Source of the DNA: Centruroides vittatus
Taxonomy: Eukaryota
Assembly: GCF_030686945.1 (NCBI RefSeq)
Contig: NW_027122668.1
Span: forward strand, 124,099-188,098
Direction: 5' to 3'
Length of the DNA: 64,000 bases
Positions 63,933 to 64,000 of this stretch are shown piece by piece (position 1 is the first letter of the stretch; each line of letters starts with the position of its first letter). The notes under the pieces were generated by a model that was not told the origin of the DNA, searched no databases, and was given only the letters and a program-made list of their open reading frames with translations. Both the position numbers and the translations under genes were made by a program.

Positions 63933-64000
63933 GTGATTTTACTAATATTGTGGAACACAAAGTCCTTATGTATGTTGATTAGTGTTTCTGATATCCTTAT

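Noticed and set aside
1-64000. Prokaryotic-style interpretation of the window (operons, CRISPR, defence islands)
   Set aside because: The sequence shows eukaryotic gene structure: GT-AG introns, poly-A signals, 70% A+T, SINEs and MITEs with target-site duplications. No repeat-spacer arrays or compact co-directional gene clusters are present.

Overview
This is an AT-rich (about 70% A+T) eukaryotic nuclear segment with short GC-rich islands. Its content (many MITE and SINE elements, a 7TM chemoreceptor-like gene, compact genes with GT-AG introns, a mitochondrial KAS/OXSM homolog) suggests an insect, possibly a hymenopteran, but that is a guess. It is not prokaryotic: there are no operons and no CRISPR array. 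The dominant structure is a direct duplication of about 19 kb. Copy 1 is about 16790..35811 and copy 2 about 40908..60335, roughly 24-25 kb apart, and each copy carries a complete 14-exon major vault protein (MVP) gene. Copy 1 gives an intact 858-aa reading frame. Copy 2 has a 1-bp insertion in exon 8 that shifts the frame. The two copies differ by several transposon insertions and indels. The 3' edge of the duplication lies about 6 bp (the TATATA 35806..35811) past the right TIR (35805) of a 330-bp foldback MITE. The 5.1-kb spacer between the copies holds a 6-exon minus-strand gene for a 287-aa protein of unknown family, a near-perfect 110-bp-stem hairpin, and a GC-rich TIR element with CACGTG palindromes. 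Upstream of the duplication lie a single-exon 7TM chemoreceptor-like gene (4041..5060), a mitochondrial 3-oxoacyl-ACP synthase gene (7780..9219) and a likely first exon of an unknown minus-strand gene (1220..1424). Downstream of copy 2 a C2H2 zinc-finger gene begins and runs off the window. Many non-autonomous transposons are present: tRNA-derived SINEs, a piggyBac-like element (TTAA duplication), Tc1/mariner-like elements (TA duplication), hAT-like elements (8-bp duplication) and a 225-bp palindromic family. Nearly all six-frame ORFs outside these genes are spurious reads through repeats.
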